From Candidatus Omnitrophota bacterium (GTDB lineage Bacteria; Omnitrophota; Gorgyraeia; Aquiviventales; Aquiviventaceae): DNA of 56,090 bases. The position numbers and the translations under genes are program-made. Location: contig JACQHR010000036.1 in NCBI GenBank assembly GCA_016198905.1, positions 1-56,090 of the forward strand. The letters run 5' to 3'. Of the stretch, positions 8,616 to 17,701 are shown piece after piece (position 1 is the first letter of the stretch; every line of letters begins with the position of its first letter). The notes under the pieces are model-generated. The model saw nothing but the letters and a program-made list of their open reading frames with translations. It did no database searches and had not been told where the DNA came from.

Positions 8616-10229
8616 CTAGATACGACCGCGCTGCTCCCGATGCCAAGACAGATCAACGATCACCATGCCGATGGCGCCCCACAGGAAGACGAACCCCAGC
8701 CACAGCGGAAGAACCGGTGTAGCCACCTGCCGCCTCGTCGTGGCCAACGGGTTACGAAACACAAAGGCCATGTCCGTTTCACCGATGAGCCTCAACGACC
8801 ACTCCCGCTGCAGCTGCGTCAGCGACGGCATGCCAGGCAGCGAGGCTGCCTTCAACCAGACGATGAGGTGCGCGTGACGCAGCGTCTCCAGGGGCTGCTG
8901 TTGCGCGGCGCGCACTTCGGCGAACATCCCCGTGGCCATTGCACGATGGCTGACGGCTGCGAAGAGCCCGCAGGTGTAGGGGAAATTGCATCCGATGAGC
9001 TCGTCGGCTTGGCTGTGTTGATCGATGAGTTGGCCGATCGGGCTCATGAACTGCGGACGGTAGAACGAGGAGCCGTACCCGCGTGTGACATGCTCACTGC
9101 GCAGCGTCAGATCGAGCAGGCTGCTATCCCCGACGACGACAAACCGACGACCTTCTTGTAGAAAGACGGTCGAGTTCACGGCAATCGCCAGACACGTCAG
9201 CATCGCAGGAATCACCCACGCCGCCACACGAACGCGTCCCCGCCATACTCCTTCCATCCATGCATGGATCCGCGTCAATCCCAGCCCGGCCAAGAGGCTG
9301 ATGCCGAGGATGCCTTGTCCGCTGAAGAAACGAAACCGATAGTGGATCACCATGAGCCAGAGGCTCGCCCACAGGCTGAGCAACAGCCGTCCGGCCGTCG
9401 TCGATCGTTCCTTCAGCACCATCCCCAGACCGACCAAGGCAAACAGATAGAGGAGGATCGGCAGCTCCAACTGGGTATTTTCCAGACTGCTCATCGGACC
9501 AAGAGACGCGTGATGCCTCCATAGATGCCACAACCATGGCGATGCCAACGCAAATGTCCATGCGGCTGCACGCAGAAGAAATCCTCGCATCGGGGCATAC
9601 CACAATCCCACCAGCATCCATGAGCACACCATGACCCACGGCATGCCAAGATGCGTATAGAACACCAAGGCCCCGCACAAGACAAACGCCAGCCGCGCAC
9701 GATGAAAGAGTGCGACCAGTCCCACGAGCCACGCCACGATCGCCCAAGAGGCCGCGACGGTGTTGCACGAGACCAGCAGATACGAAAAGGGCAAGACGCT
9801 ACAGAGGGTAGCCCAATACGCGGGCACGCTGCCCCACCACGTCCGCATGAACCACCACGTCGCCAACAGCAGTACCGGATAGGTGACCACGGTGAGAAGG
9901 CGTGCTAGTGTGACCGGCGGCAGATGACACCAATCGAGGCTGAGCACGAGCAGGTGCAGCGCGGGCGGATACAGATGCGGGCGTCCCAGCGGCGCAAACT
10001 CCCAAAAATCGTGCAGGACAACGCCACCCGCGTCGCGAAACGCCTGGATCACATTCAGATGATAGTAGCTATCGAGGAAGAACGGCAGGAGCGGCCACCA
10101 CGAGAGCAGGAGGACGGCGTGTACGAGGATCACGAGCCACGCGGCACGGTCCCACACAGCGCCCGCAGAATCACGGCTCGCGAGACTATTCACTGGCGCG
10201 TCTCGATGAGCGCTGGGACACATCCTCAT
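8616..10229 (-). CDS. polytopic membrane protein, probable GT-C-fold glycosyltransferase
   Basis: many TM segments; DSYYH and YPP motifs in the first loop after TM1, as in GT-C enzymes; start uncertain. Confidence 0.6.
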   Translation of the reverse strand: MRMCPSAHRDAPVNSLASRDSAGAVWDRAAWLVILVHAVLLLSWWPLLPFFLDSYYHLNVIQAFRDAGGVVLHDFWEFAPLGRPHLYPPALHLLVLSLDWCHLPPVTLARLLTVVTYPVLLLATWWFMRTWWGSVPAYWATLCSVLPFSYLLVSCNTVAASWAIVAWLVGLVALFHRARLAFVLCGALVFYTHLGMPWVMVCSWMLVGLWYAPMRGFLLRAAAWTFALASPWLWHLWRHHASLGPMSSLENTQLELPILLYLFALVGLGMVLKERSTTAGRLLLSLWASLWLMVIHYRFRFFSGQGILGISLLAGLGLTRIHAWMEGVWRGRVRVAAWVIPAMLTCLAIAVNSTVFLQEGRRFVVVGDSSLLDLTLRSEHVTRGYGSSFYRPQFMSPIGQLIDQHSQADELIGCNFPYTCGLFAAVSHRAMATGMFAEVRAAQQQPLETLRHAHLIVWLKAASLPGMPSLTQLQREWSLRLIGETDMAFVFRNPLATTRRQVATPVLPLWLGFVFLWGAIGMVIVDLSWHREQRGRI

Positions 10230-10980
10230 GCTCGTCTCGGTGAGCCAATGCGCCGTGGGTGTAGTGCAGAATGCTCAGGATTGTAAGGGCGGCAGTTTCC
10301 GCTCGCAGCGTCACAGGACCTAAGGACACCGCCTCAGCGCCACGACGTTGCGCTTGCAACACCTCTTCGGGCGTGAAATCACCCTCCGGTCCGATCAGCA
10401 CGGTGACGGCGCGCAACGCTCGGTGTTTCATGAGCACGCCGCCCAACGGCGACGCCTCGACCGCGAGCGTTGGCATGAGGAGCAGCTCGCTGCGATCAGA
10501 CGACTGCAGAAACTGCGAAAGAGAGGTTGGACTCTCAAGCGTTGGAATCATCGGACGGCCGCATTGCTTGGCGGCTTCTCGCACGATGCGCTGCCAGCGG
10601 TTAAGCTTCGCGTGTGCGCGTTCGGTCGTCAGCCGGCTGACGGTTCTGGCCGTCAGCAGTGGGATAATGCGTCGGACTCCCAGCTCCGTCGCTTTCTGGA
10701 TCGCCCACTCAAATCGCTCGGGCTTGATGAGCGCTTGCGCAAGTGTCACCTGCAACTCGGATCCTTCATCGCGCTGCCGTTCATCGATGTGAATAACGAT
10801 CTCCTTGCGGGTGCAGCGCAGAACCGTGCCTCGGTATCGTCCGCCTTCGCCGTCCAGACATTCCACTGGATCGCCAGCCGTAACACGCAACACCGTCACA
10901 AGATGATGCCGCTCGCGAGGATCAGTCACGGTAATGGTGTCACCTTGAATGGCTTGAGGAGCAACGAGAATACGATGCAT
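10186..10980 (-). CDS. rsmE: 16S rRNA m3U1498 methyltransferase
   Basis: HHLVTVLR, QKATELGV, EAAKQCGR, IGPEGDF, LRAETA. Confidence 0.95.
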   Translation of the reverse strand: MHRILVAPQAIQGDTITVTDPRERHHLVTVLRVTAGDPVECLDGEGGRYRGTVLRCTRKEIVIHIDERQRDEGSELQVTLAQALIKPERFEWAIQKATELGVRRIIPLLTARTVSRLTTERAHAKLNRWQRIVREAAKQCGRPMIPTLESPTSLSQFLQSSDRSELLLMPTLAVEASPLGGVLMKHRALRAVTVLIGPEGDFTPEEVLQAQRRGAEAVSLGPVTLRAETAALTILSILHYTHGALAHRDEHEDVSQRSSRRASE

Positions 10981-11021
10981 GGGGGAGCCGCGGCTAGTCA
11001 CTTCACAACGTAGCAGCTATT

Positions 11022-11134
11022 TCGAAACAGGGGACCCTGGGTGTTACAGACGAGGCTCGCGCAGCTTGATCAGACACGGCTGGACCTCGACTCGTAATTC
11101 CCGCTTGAGTCGTTGGCCGAACCGGCTGTTTCGA
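11022..11134. repeat. structured intergenic element closed by a 9-bp inverted repeat
   Basis: TCGAAACAG (11022-11030) / CTGTTTCGA (11126-11134); internal CGACTC/GAGTCG stem. Confidence 0.4.
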
Positions 11135-11186
11135 CGACGATACCGCTTGGTTGGTTTGCACAGGCTACATGTGGCCGGATGAAGTC

Positions 11187-11447
11187 TCATGGACGTTTTA
11201 GCACCTCGTCATGATTGCCGACTACTCTCAGATACACCGTCTCACCCACGAGCTCAAACGTCAGTCGGTACTGCAGGTCGACGCGACTTTCCCAGATCGC
11301 CCGAGTCCCCTGAATCTTCTTCACCTGAAGAGAAGGATGACGAGGATTCGCCACAAGTTGCTTCAGCTGTCGGTCAACTTTTCGCTGGATGTGTCCGGGG
11401 AGTTCTTGGTAGGCTTTTCGGAAGCGTTCGTAGGCGAGGATCTTCAT
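11187..11447 (-). CDS. RelE/ParE-superfamily toxin
   Basis: 86 aa; F.K.Y..L, NPRHPSLQVKKIQG, WESRV...YRLTF, GNHD; ATGA overlap with the upstream partner. Confidence 0.85.
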   Translation of the reverse strand: MKILAYERFRKAYQELPGHIQRKVDRQLKQLVANPRHPSLQVKKIQGTRAIWESRVDLQYRLTFELVGETVYLRVVGNHDEVLKRP

Positions 11448-11692
11448 CGGCGCTTGAGCGCCTTGAGCAATCCTTTCAGAGTTCCATTTCCCACAAGACG
11501 CCTGGAGCGCTTATCAGCTTCGGCTTCGCGCTCCCATGCTTGCCATCGCTTCGACCAAAAATAGAGCTGCGTGGGATCAATCGTATCTCGTGCTTTGAGA
11601 AAGTACACATAGGCCCTGACCTCCCGAAGCTCAGAAGGGGGAAGTGTTCGAATTTCCTGAATGACTTCGTTCGCAAGACCGCTTTTCGTCAT
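11444..11692 (-). CDS. cognate antitoxin
   Basis: 82 aa, coupled to the toxin; C-terminal Q.YFWSK.WQ..EREAEAD resembles antitoxin tails paired with this RelE class. Confidence 0.75.
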   Translation of the reverse strand: MTKSGLANEVIQEIRTLPPSELREVRAYVYFLKARDTIDPTQLYFWSKRWQAWEREAEADKRSRRLVGNGTLKGLLKALKRR

Positions 11693-11754
11693 GGTGTCCT
11701 CGACTGCAAAAGGAGCTTACCACATCGTTCGCCATCTGGTCAATGAACGATGAT

Positions 11755-12103
11755 GAGAAGAAACGTGGAGCAGCGGGGGATCGGCGCCTCCACTCGCTTT
11801 GCTCGTTCCGGTCGCCGCCCGGCCCTCCCAAGGAAGTCGCCGCTCCTATTCGTCGCGGCTCGCTAATTTGGGTCGGGCCTCCCTTCGATCCCTATAGCTC
11901 CACGAGAGAGAAGAAACGATGGTGGAGCAGCGGGGGATCGGCGCCTCCGGCCCCAAAGAATGCAACCGGGCCTCCGGTAGCCGCCCGCGCCTCCCAAGGT
12001 GGTCGTCGCTCGCTACTCGCTCGCGACTCCGTCAATCTTAGTCGGCGCTCCCTTCGATCCCCTGAGTTCTTGACGAGAAGAAACGTGGAGCAGCGGGGGA
12101 TCG
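11755..12103 (-). repeat. three direct copies of the tRNA-Ala 3' end plus trailer, separated by two homologous structured units
   Basis: GAGAAGAAACG(ATGG)TGGAGCAGCGGGGGATCG at 11755-11783, 11908-11940 and 12075-12103. Confidence 0.9.
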
Positions 12104-12158
12104 AACCCCGGGCCTCGACAGTGCGATTGTCGCGCTCTCCCAGCTGAGCTACTGCCCC
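12086..12158 (-). tRNA. tRNA-Ala(CGC), CCA not encoded
   Basis: GGGGCAG/CTGCTCC-A acceptor with G3:U70; D arm AGCTCAGCTGGGAGAGC; anticodon stem CGACA/TGTCG with loop ATCGCAC; GGTTCGATCCC T arm. Confidence 0.97.
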
Positions 12159-12298
12159 ATCAGCCTGTCAATTTAACAGACACTATTCTGGCATCAAATG
12201 GAAGAGTCGTCAAACCAACACGGCCTTCACGTTCTCCATCGCCCATTAGTAACGTTGTCTTCCCTGGGGGCGCTCTGTGTGCAGTTGCGTGAGTCTGC

Positions 12299-12526
12299 CT
12301 AGTCGCGCAGTAACGGAATATAAAGGGCTAGGCGGAAACACAGGTAGCTCACGACGAACAAGAGCACCCCAAAGAGATACCGGTACCGAATCAACTGTTC
12401 ATCAAGCGTCACTAAGGTGCGATTCAAGGCACGGCTGAACTGTAGCAGTGGGTGAGGAAACAGCACAAACGATGCCCCTGCCACCACACACACGAGACTT
12501 ACGAAAAGCAGCCCAGAATCTGGCAT
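12299..12526 (-). CDS. small two-TM hypothetical protein directly downstream of the major pilin
   Basis: strong SD AAAGGAGGAGG; two hydrophobic segments. Confidence 0.7.
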   Translation of the reverse strand: MPDSGLLFVSLVCVVAGASFVLFPHPLLQFSRALNRTLVTLDEQLIRYRYLFGVLLFVVSYLCFRLALYIPLLRD

Positions 12527-12542
12527 GTCCTCCTCCTTTCAA

Positions 12543-12980
12543 TCAAGGACACGCGACAGCAGTTGGATCCAGTCCTGCAGATACCGCGAAATTCCCACAG
12601 ACTGTTCCAACTGCATGCGTGATGCCAAGAACCTTAGTAGCGTACGCTCCTCCCGTTCGCGCCAGTGATGCGCTGTTCGCTGTTAGCGTGAGATTCGTAG
12701 GAATGATTCCCCAGGATTTTGTTGTAAGCGGATTCGCTGGATCGATCATGTCTAAGTCCGCCGCGGTCGCAGTGTAGACGTTCGTGGGCGATTGAGCTTT
12801 GTACCGTCCTTCGGCGCTGCGGATCGTACCTAACAACTGGAGCGCTTCAGCCGCCCGTGCTTTTTCTGTCGCCCTAATGTACTGCGGAAGAGCGATCGAC
12901 GCCAAAATTGCAATGATGATGACGACCATCAAGAGCTCAAGCAGGGTGAACCCGCGTTGAGACTCGCGTAGGCTTCTCAT
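12543..12980 (-). CDS. pilA: type IVa pilin, likely the major pilin
   Basis: QRG|FTLLELLMVVIIIAILASIALPQY class III signal; strong SD GGAGG; C-terminal Cys pair; last pil gene of the operon. Confidence 0.85.
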   Translation of the reverse strand: MRSLRESQRGFTLLELLMVVIIIAILASIALPQYIRATEKARAAEALQLLGTIRSAEGRYKAQSPTNVYTATAADLDMIDPANPLTTKSWGIIPTNLTLTANSASLARTGGAYATKVLGITHAVGTVCGNFAVSAGLDPTAVACP

Positions 12981-13069
12981 CACAACCTCCTTGTTATCGT
13001 TCCCGTTTGCCTTGCTCGTTCTGTTCCCTACCACCGCACAAGCCACGCGTCGCTGCCCTCACCTCCTTT

Positions 13070-14320
13070 TTAGTGGTGTGACGACAATACTCCGCCTGAC
13101 GACAGTTGAAATAGTGGCATGAAAATCGAAAGGACAATAAACAGGACGACGACCCCCATAAAGACGATCGCAATCGGCTCAAACAGCCGCGTCATTCTGG
13201 CGATGAACGTCGAGACGCGCTCTTCGTAATAGGCGGCCATCCGGCCCGTCATCTTGGACAACTCGCCGACCTCTTCCCCCACTTGCACCATTTGGACGGT
13301 CATGGGCGGAAACAGCCCGGTTTCCTCCATCGGCTGGGCCATGGTCTTGCCTTCCTTGACGTAGTCCTTAATGTTGTTGATGGCTTGGCCGTAGACCTTG
13401 TTCGTGGAGCTGTTCCCAAGAATCTCCAAACTGGAGAGCAGCGGCACCCCGCTTTCCAGCAGGGTGGCCAACCCCCGTGAGAACTCCGCCAACTGGAGAT
13501 AGGTAAACAGCGATTTAAAGAGCGGCAGGTGCAGCAGCACCCGGTCGCGCATCCATTGGCCTGAGTCCGTCGCGAGATAGCGCCGCACAAGGTAGATCAT
13601 CGCGGCCGCCCCCCCAATTACGACCACCACATAGCGCCGCGCGGCATCGCTGATGCCAATCACGATGCGGGTAATCAGCGGCAGCTCCATGCCTTCCATG
13701 CTGGCAAACATCTCGGCAAACTTCGGGATGAGCCAATAGACGAAGACCCCCATCACGGCAATCGCCGCCACTCCAAGAAAGGCCGGATACGTCATGGCGG
13801 TCTTCGCTTCGTTCTGCAAGTGTTGCGCGGACTCCAGATGACGCGAAAGCTGTTGCAAGGACTGCGCCAGGTGGCCGCTCGCCTCACCCGTTTCCACGAG
13901 GTTCACCCAGAGGTTGGAAAAAATCTTCGGGTGTTTGGTCAGCGCATCCCGCAACGTATGTCCGCCTGCCACGTCGCGGCGGACGTCTTCCAATGCCAGC
14001 AAGAGCTTTTGGCTCTCAACTTGCGCCGAAACCACCTCAAGACTGCGCAGCAACGGCACCCCGGCGCCCACCAGCGTCGCCAACTGCTGGCACAACAGCA
14101 CTTGGTCCTCGGTCGTCACGCGCACATGCATGCGGCGCGCCATGACTCGACGCACCAGCGGCTTCGCCTCCCCCTGTGCGGCATGTTTGCGGGCAATGGA
14201 GGTTACCAAGAGCCCGCGATGCTGCAGGACCGAGACGACTTCGTCCTCCGTCACCGCATCGAGGTGCCCGGTCTGCACCGATCCCTCTTGATCTCTGGCG
14301 ATATAGGCGAAGCTTGGCAT
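13070..14320 (-). CDS. pilC: type IV pilus platform protein (PilC/GspF)
   Basis: QLATLVGAGVPL, GEASGHL, TYP, LLESGVPL, GEEVGEL. Confidence 0.95.
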   Translation of the reverse strand: MPSFAYIARDQEGSVQTGHLDAVTEDEVVSVLQHRGLLVTSIARKHAAQGEAKPLVRRVMARRMHVRVTTEDQVLLCQQLATLVGAGVPLLRSLEVVSAQVESQKLLLALEDVRRDVAGGHTLRDALTKHPKIFSNLWVNLVETGEASGHLAQSLQQLSRHLESAQHLQNEAKTAMTYPAFLGVAAIAVMGVFVYWLIPKFAEMFASMEGMELPLITRIVIGISDAARRYVVVVIGGAAAMIYLVRRYLATDSGQWMRDRVLLHLPLFKSLFTYLQLAEFSRGLATLLESGVPLLSSLEILGNSSTNKVYGQAINNIKDYVKEGKTMAQPMEETGLFPPMTVQMVQVGEEVGELSKMTGRMAAYYEERVSTFIARMTRLFEPIAIVFMGVVVLFIVLSIFMPLFQLSSGGVLSSHH

Positions 14321-16038
14321 CAGCGATCGAGTAAGATCACGCCCTCCAACTCTTCCAAGCTGGTCAACCCCTCTCGCACTTTGATGAGCCCTTCATCCCA
14401 CAACGTCGACATCTTCCCGGCCTGCACCGCAATATCTTTGAGCGTGTGGGCCGGCGAGCCTTTCGCAATCTCATTACGCAACTCACGCGGCAGCACCATC
14501 ACCTCGTACACCCCCAACCGTCCCCGATACCCCGTATTGACGCAGTGCTCGCATCCCTTGGCCTTGTACAAGAGCTCTTCGGTGATGTGGAACCGATCGC
14601 GCGTCTCCGACAGCGGCTCGTAGGCCTGCTTGCAACGGTCACAGAGTTTGCGCAGCAACCGTTGGGCCACGACGAGGCTGATGGTCGAGGAGAGCAGGTA
14701 GGGCGCCATCCCGATGTCGATCAAGCGGCTCACCGCGCTGGGCGCATCGTTCGTGTGCAAGGTGCTGAAGACGAGGTGCCCGGTGAGTGCCGCGCGCACG
14801 CAGATTTCAGCGGTCTCTTGGTCGCGCGTCTCTCCCACCATGATAATGTCCGGGTCTTGACGCATGAACGCGCGAAGCCCCGCGGCAAAGGTCAACCCGA
14901 TCGAGGGCTTGATTTGAACTTGGTTGACGCCCTCCAGACGATACTCCACCGGGTCTTCAATCGTCAGGATGTTCTTGGTCGGCGAATTGATTTCGTTGAG
15001 CGCTGCATACAGCGTCGTGGATTTTCCCGACCCGGTCGGCCCGGTGAGCAGAATCAGCCCATAGGGGTCACGAATCGCGGAGCGAAAATCCTCCAGCGCC
15101 TTGGGAGCAAACCCGAGGCGGCCCAAATCAAGCAGCGACGGAGACTTGTCCAAAATGCGGATGACGACCTTCTCGCCGTAGATGGACGGGATGCTCGAGA
15201 CGCGAAAGTCGATGCCCCGGCCTTCCATCATCATGATGAAGCCGCCATCTTGCGGCAGGCGCTTCTGGGCGATGTCGAGCTTGCAGAGGATCTTGATGCG
15301 CGAGATGATCGCGGCGTGCAGCCGTTTATCCGGCGGAGAAATTTCGCACAGCGCCCCGTCGATGCGATACCGCAGACTGATGCGCTCTTTGAACGGCTCG
15401 ATGTGGATGTCGCTCGCGCGCTCCTTGATCGCCTGCCGGATGATCAAATCCACCAGCCGAATGACCGGCGCGTCTTCCGCCGCTTGCTTGAGCCGGTCCA
15501 AGTCGAGCGTTTCGTCTTCCTCGCCTGTCGAACTTTCCTGCTCGCCGATCTTATAGGACTGCCCGATCGCCTCCCGCAGCATCGTGTCGCCGCCATAGAA
15601 CCGGTCGATGGCCTGCTCCAAATCGGCTCTCGTGGTGACCACCGGATTGATATCGCAGCGGCTGACGCGACACAGGTTATCCATCGTGATCAGATCGAGC
15701 GGATTCACACAGGCGACGGTGAGAGAGTTGAGATTACGGGCAAGCGGCAGCACGAGGTGCTGTCTGGCAAACTCTTCTGAGACGATCTGCTCGAGCCCGT
15801 CTCCTTTGCGAGGGCTGAGCAGGCCCGACGCGCTCGTGGTAAAGGGAATGCCCAGCTGGCGGCTCAGCGCCGAGGCGATGTCATGCTCCGTCGTCAACCC
15901 CAGCTCGATGAGCACCTCGCCAATGCGCTTGGTCGTGCCGCGCTGCACCTCAAGCGCTTTGGCCAGCTGCTCCTGTGTGACCGTGCCATTGCGGAGCAGC
16001 AGCTCACCGATTTTTTCTGCCGTCTTCAACATGGACAT
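14320..16038 (-). CDS. pilB: type IV pilus extension ATPase (PilB/GspE) with MshEN-like N-terminus
   Basis: KIGELLL...RIGEVLIELG, ASDIHIEP, RLPQDG, GPTGSGKST, RQDPDIIMVGE, STLHTND, tetra-Cys motif. Confidence 0.96.
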   Translation of the reverse strand: MSMLKTAEKIGELLLRNGTVTQEQLAKALEVQRGTTKRIGEVLIELGLTTEHDIASALSRQLGIPFTTSASGLLSPRKGDGLEQIVSEEFARQHLVLPLARNLNSLTVACVNPLDLITMDNLCRVSRCDINPVVTTRADLEQAIDRFYGGDTMLREAIGQSYKIGEQESSTGEEDETLDLDRLKQAAEDAPVIRLVDLIIRQAIKERASDIHIEPFKERISLRYRIDGALCEISPPDKRLHAAIISRIKILCKLDIAQKRLPQDGGFIMMMEGRGIDFRVSSIPSIYGEKVVIRILDKSPSLLDLGRLGFAPKALEDFRSAIRDPYGLILLTGPTGSGKSTTLYAALNEINSPTKNILTIEDPVEYRLEGVNQVQIKPSIGLTFAAGLRAFMRQDPDIIMVGETRDQETAEICVRAALTGHLVFSTLHTNDAPSAVSRLIDIGMAPYLLSSTISLVVAQRLLRKLCDRCKQAYEPLSETRDRFHITEELLYKAKGCEHCVNTGYRGRLGVYEVMVLPRELRNEIAKGSPAHTLKDIAVQAGKMSTLWDEGLIKVREGLTSLEELEGVILLDR

Positions 16039-16075
16039 GGCTGACCGTCCTTACGTGCCCCTCGCCGTCACCGCT

Positions 16076-17701
16076 TCAACGCGGTTGCTCGTGCACGTTC
16101 AAGGCTTGCTCGATCACGTCTTGCCGCGCCCCCGAGGGTTCCTGTTCACGCAGTCCCATCGAGGTGTGACTCGTCCCGGCGAGCTGCGGGACCGGTTCGT
16201 CAAGAATGCGCGGCGTGATAAACACCAACAACTCGCTCGAGGAATTCGAGATGTCCGAGTGCTTGAAGGCTTCCCCGATGACCGGGATCCCTGAGAGGAC
16301 CGGAACCGTCGTCCTGGTTTCTTGTTCGCTGCGATCGATGAGCCCGCCGACCACCAAGGTATCACCGCTGCGGATTCGCACCATCGTCCGAGAACTGCGC
16401 GTCTTGGGGTCCTTCGGTTTTGATTGGCCGCTCGGAGGGGTGAGATTCGACGTCACCGTCTTGGTCACCGACGGCTCGACCATCATGGTGATGTCACTGT
16501 TGTCGTTGATTTGCGGCGTCACCACCAGGACCACCCCGGTCGTGGTGCGCTCCGGCGTCTGGGTCTGTGTTCCTGTGGTCGCTTGGTTGGACGTGGTGAA
16601 ACCAATCGCTTCGTCCGTCGTCAACCGCACCACCGCGCTCTCATTGTCCAGCGTGAGCACTTTGGGTCGCGCGAGAATCTTGGTGTCTCCATCCGCTTCG
16701 ATTGCCTCGAGCACCGCCTTGAAGGATGAGGCGTCGAGCGTGCTGGCCACAAATGGAGTTTTCACAGACTTGGTATTATCCTGCACACCCGGTTGAATGC
16801 CCTCCTTAAACATATTGAAAGGAAAGCGAGTCTGCCGGGAAGTCGGTGTAAAGGTAATGAGCTGCCCTGACGTTCCAGTGCCCCACTTAATCCCAAAGTC
16901 CTTGGCCTTCGTCAGGCTCGTCTCAATCAACTCGGCATCCACCATGATTTGAGACGTGCGCACATCGAGCGCGGCTAACGCCGCTTCCAATCGCGGGAAA
17001 TTTTCCGGCACATCGGTGATGATGAGGCTGTTCGTCCGCTCATCGACCACCACGGCGCCATGGTCCGTGAGGAGCTTTCCAATGACAATATCGATGCCCA
17101 CGTCGCCCCCACCTCCGCCGCCGCCACCCCCGCCTTGCGCTTGCAGAGTCGCCTCAAATGGCGTCCGACTCCCAAAGGAGGTCGCGGTTTTCGCGAGAAT
17201 CGATTTCGACACGCGAGCATACTTCAGCTTGTAGACGCGCGTCATCGGTTCGACGGGTTTCCCCTGTTTCGCGCTCTCATCTTGCTTCGGCCTGACGATG
17301 TAGATGTCGCTGCCCGCCGGCCGCTCATATTCCAGGTTGCCGACGCGCAGGATTTGATCAAGCGCATCCATGACGGTCACATCTTCCAAGTAGAGCGTAA
17401 TGGTGGCGTTGCTGATATCGCTGCGCGCAATCACATTGATGCCGGTCTGCTGAGAGAACGCTTTGAGGACGTCTTTCAACTGCGCATTCTGAAACTCCAT
17501 GGAGACGCGCAGCTGAGACTTGGCCTCACTCTCCTCGCCTGACGCGGGCGTTGCGGTGTCAGTCAACGAGGCGCCCGACCCCATGGTGGTTGTCGCCGGA
17601 TCGCTGTCGTTCTCATAGGTGAAGCCCTGCCCGCCCCCCAGCACCATGACGACCGCCACGACGATTCCCTGCCAACTCCCGTCACGCATCCTCACCTCCA
17701 C
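16076..17701 (-). CDS. pilQ: secretin (PilQ/GspD family; STN + N3 + secretin domains)
   Basis: VSMEFQNAQLKDVL, DERTNSLII, ILARPKVLTLDN, VPVLSGIPVIGEAF, ELLVFITPRI. Confidence 0.93.
   Translation of the reverse strand: MEVRMRDGSWQGIVVAVVMVLGGGQGFTYENDSDPATTTMGSGASLTDTATPASGEESEAKSQLRVSMEFQNAQLKDVLKAFSQQTGINVIARSDISNATITLYLEDVTVMDALDQILRVGNLEYERPAGSDIYIVRPKQDESAKQGKPVEPMTRVYKLKYARVSKSILAKTATSFGSRTPFEATLQAQGGGGGGGGGGDVGIDIVIGKLLTDHGAVVVDERTNSLIITDVPENFPRLEAALAALDVRTSQIMVDAELIETSLTKAKDFGIKWGTGTSGQLITFTPTSRQTRFPFNMFKEGIQPGVQDNTKSVKTPFVASTLDASSFKAVLEAIEADGDTKILARPKVLTLDNESAVVRLTTDEAIGFTTSNQATTGTQTQTPERTTTGVVLVVTPQINDNSDITMMVEPSVTKTVTSNLTPPSGQSKPKDPKTRSSRTMVRIRSGDTLVVGGLIDRSEQETRTTVPVLSGIPVIGEAFKHSDISNSSSELLVFITPRILDEPVPQLAGTSHTSMGLREQEPSGARQDVIEQALNVHEQPR

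Noticed and set aside
11755-12103. CRISPR-like appearance (three 29-33 bp direct repeats)
   Set aside because: The repeats are the tRNA 3' end, the spacers are >120 bp and homologous to each other, and there are no cas genes
14446-15780. Long plus-strand ORFs antisense to pilB (and similarly to uvrA, argG, dapA, truA and the transposase)
   Set aside because: Shadow ORFs expected from GC-rich codon bias opposite well-conserved genes; no recognisable motifs
17100-17140. Poly-Gly GGC/GGG repeat in the secretin (and at the pilM N-terminus)
   Set aside because: Gly-rich linkers are common in secretin N3 domains; codons are mixed and the repeat is frame-neutral
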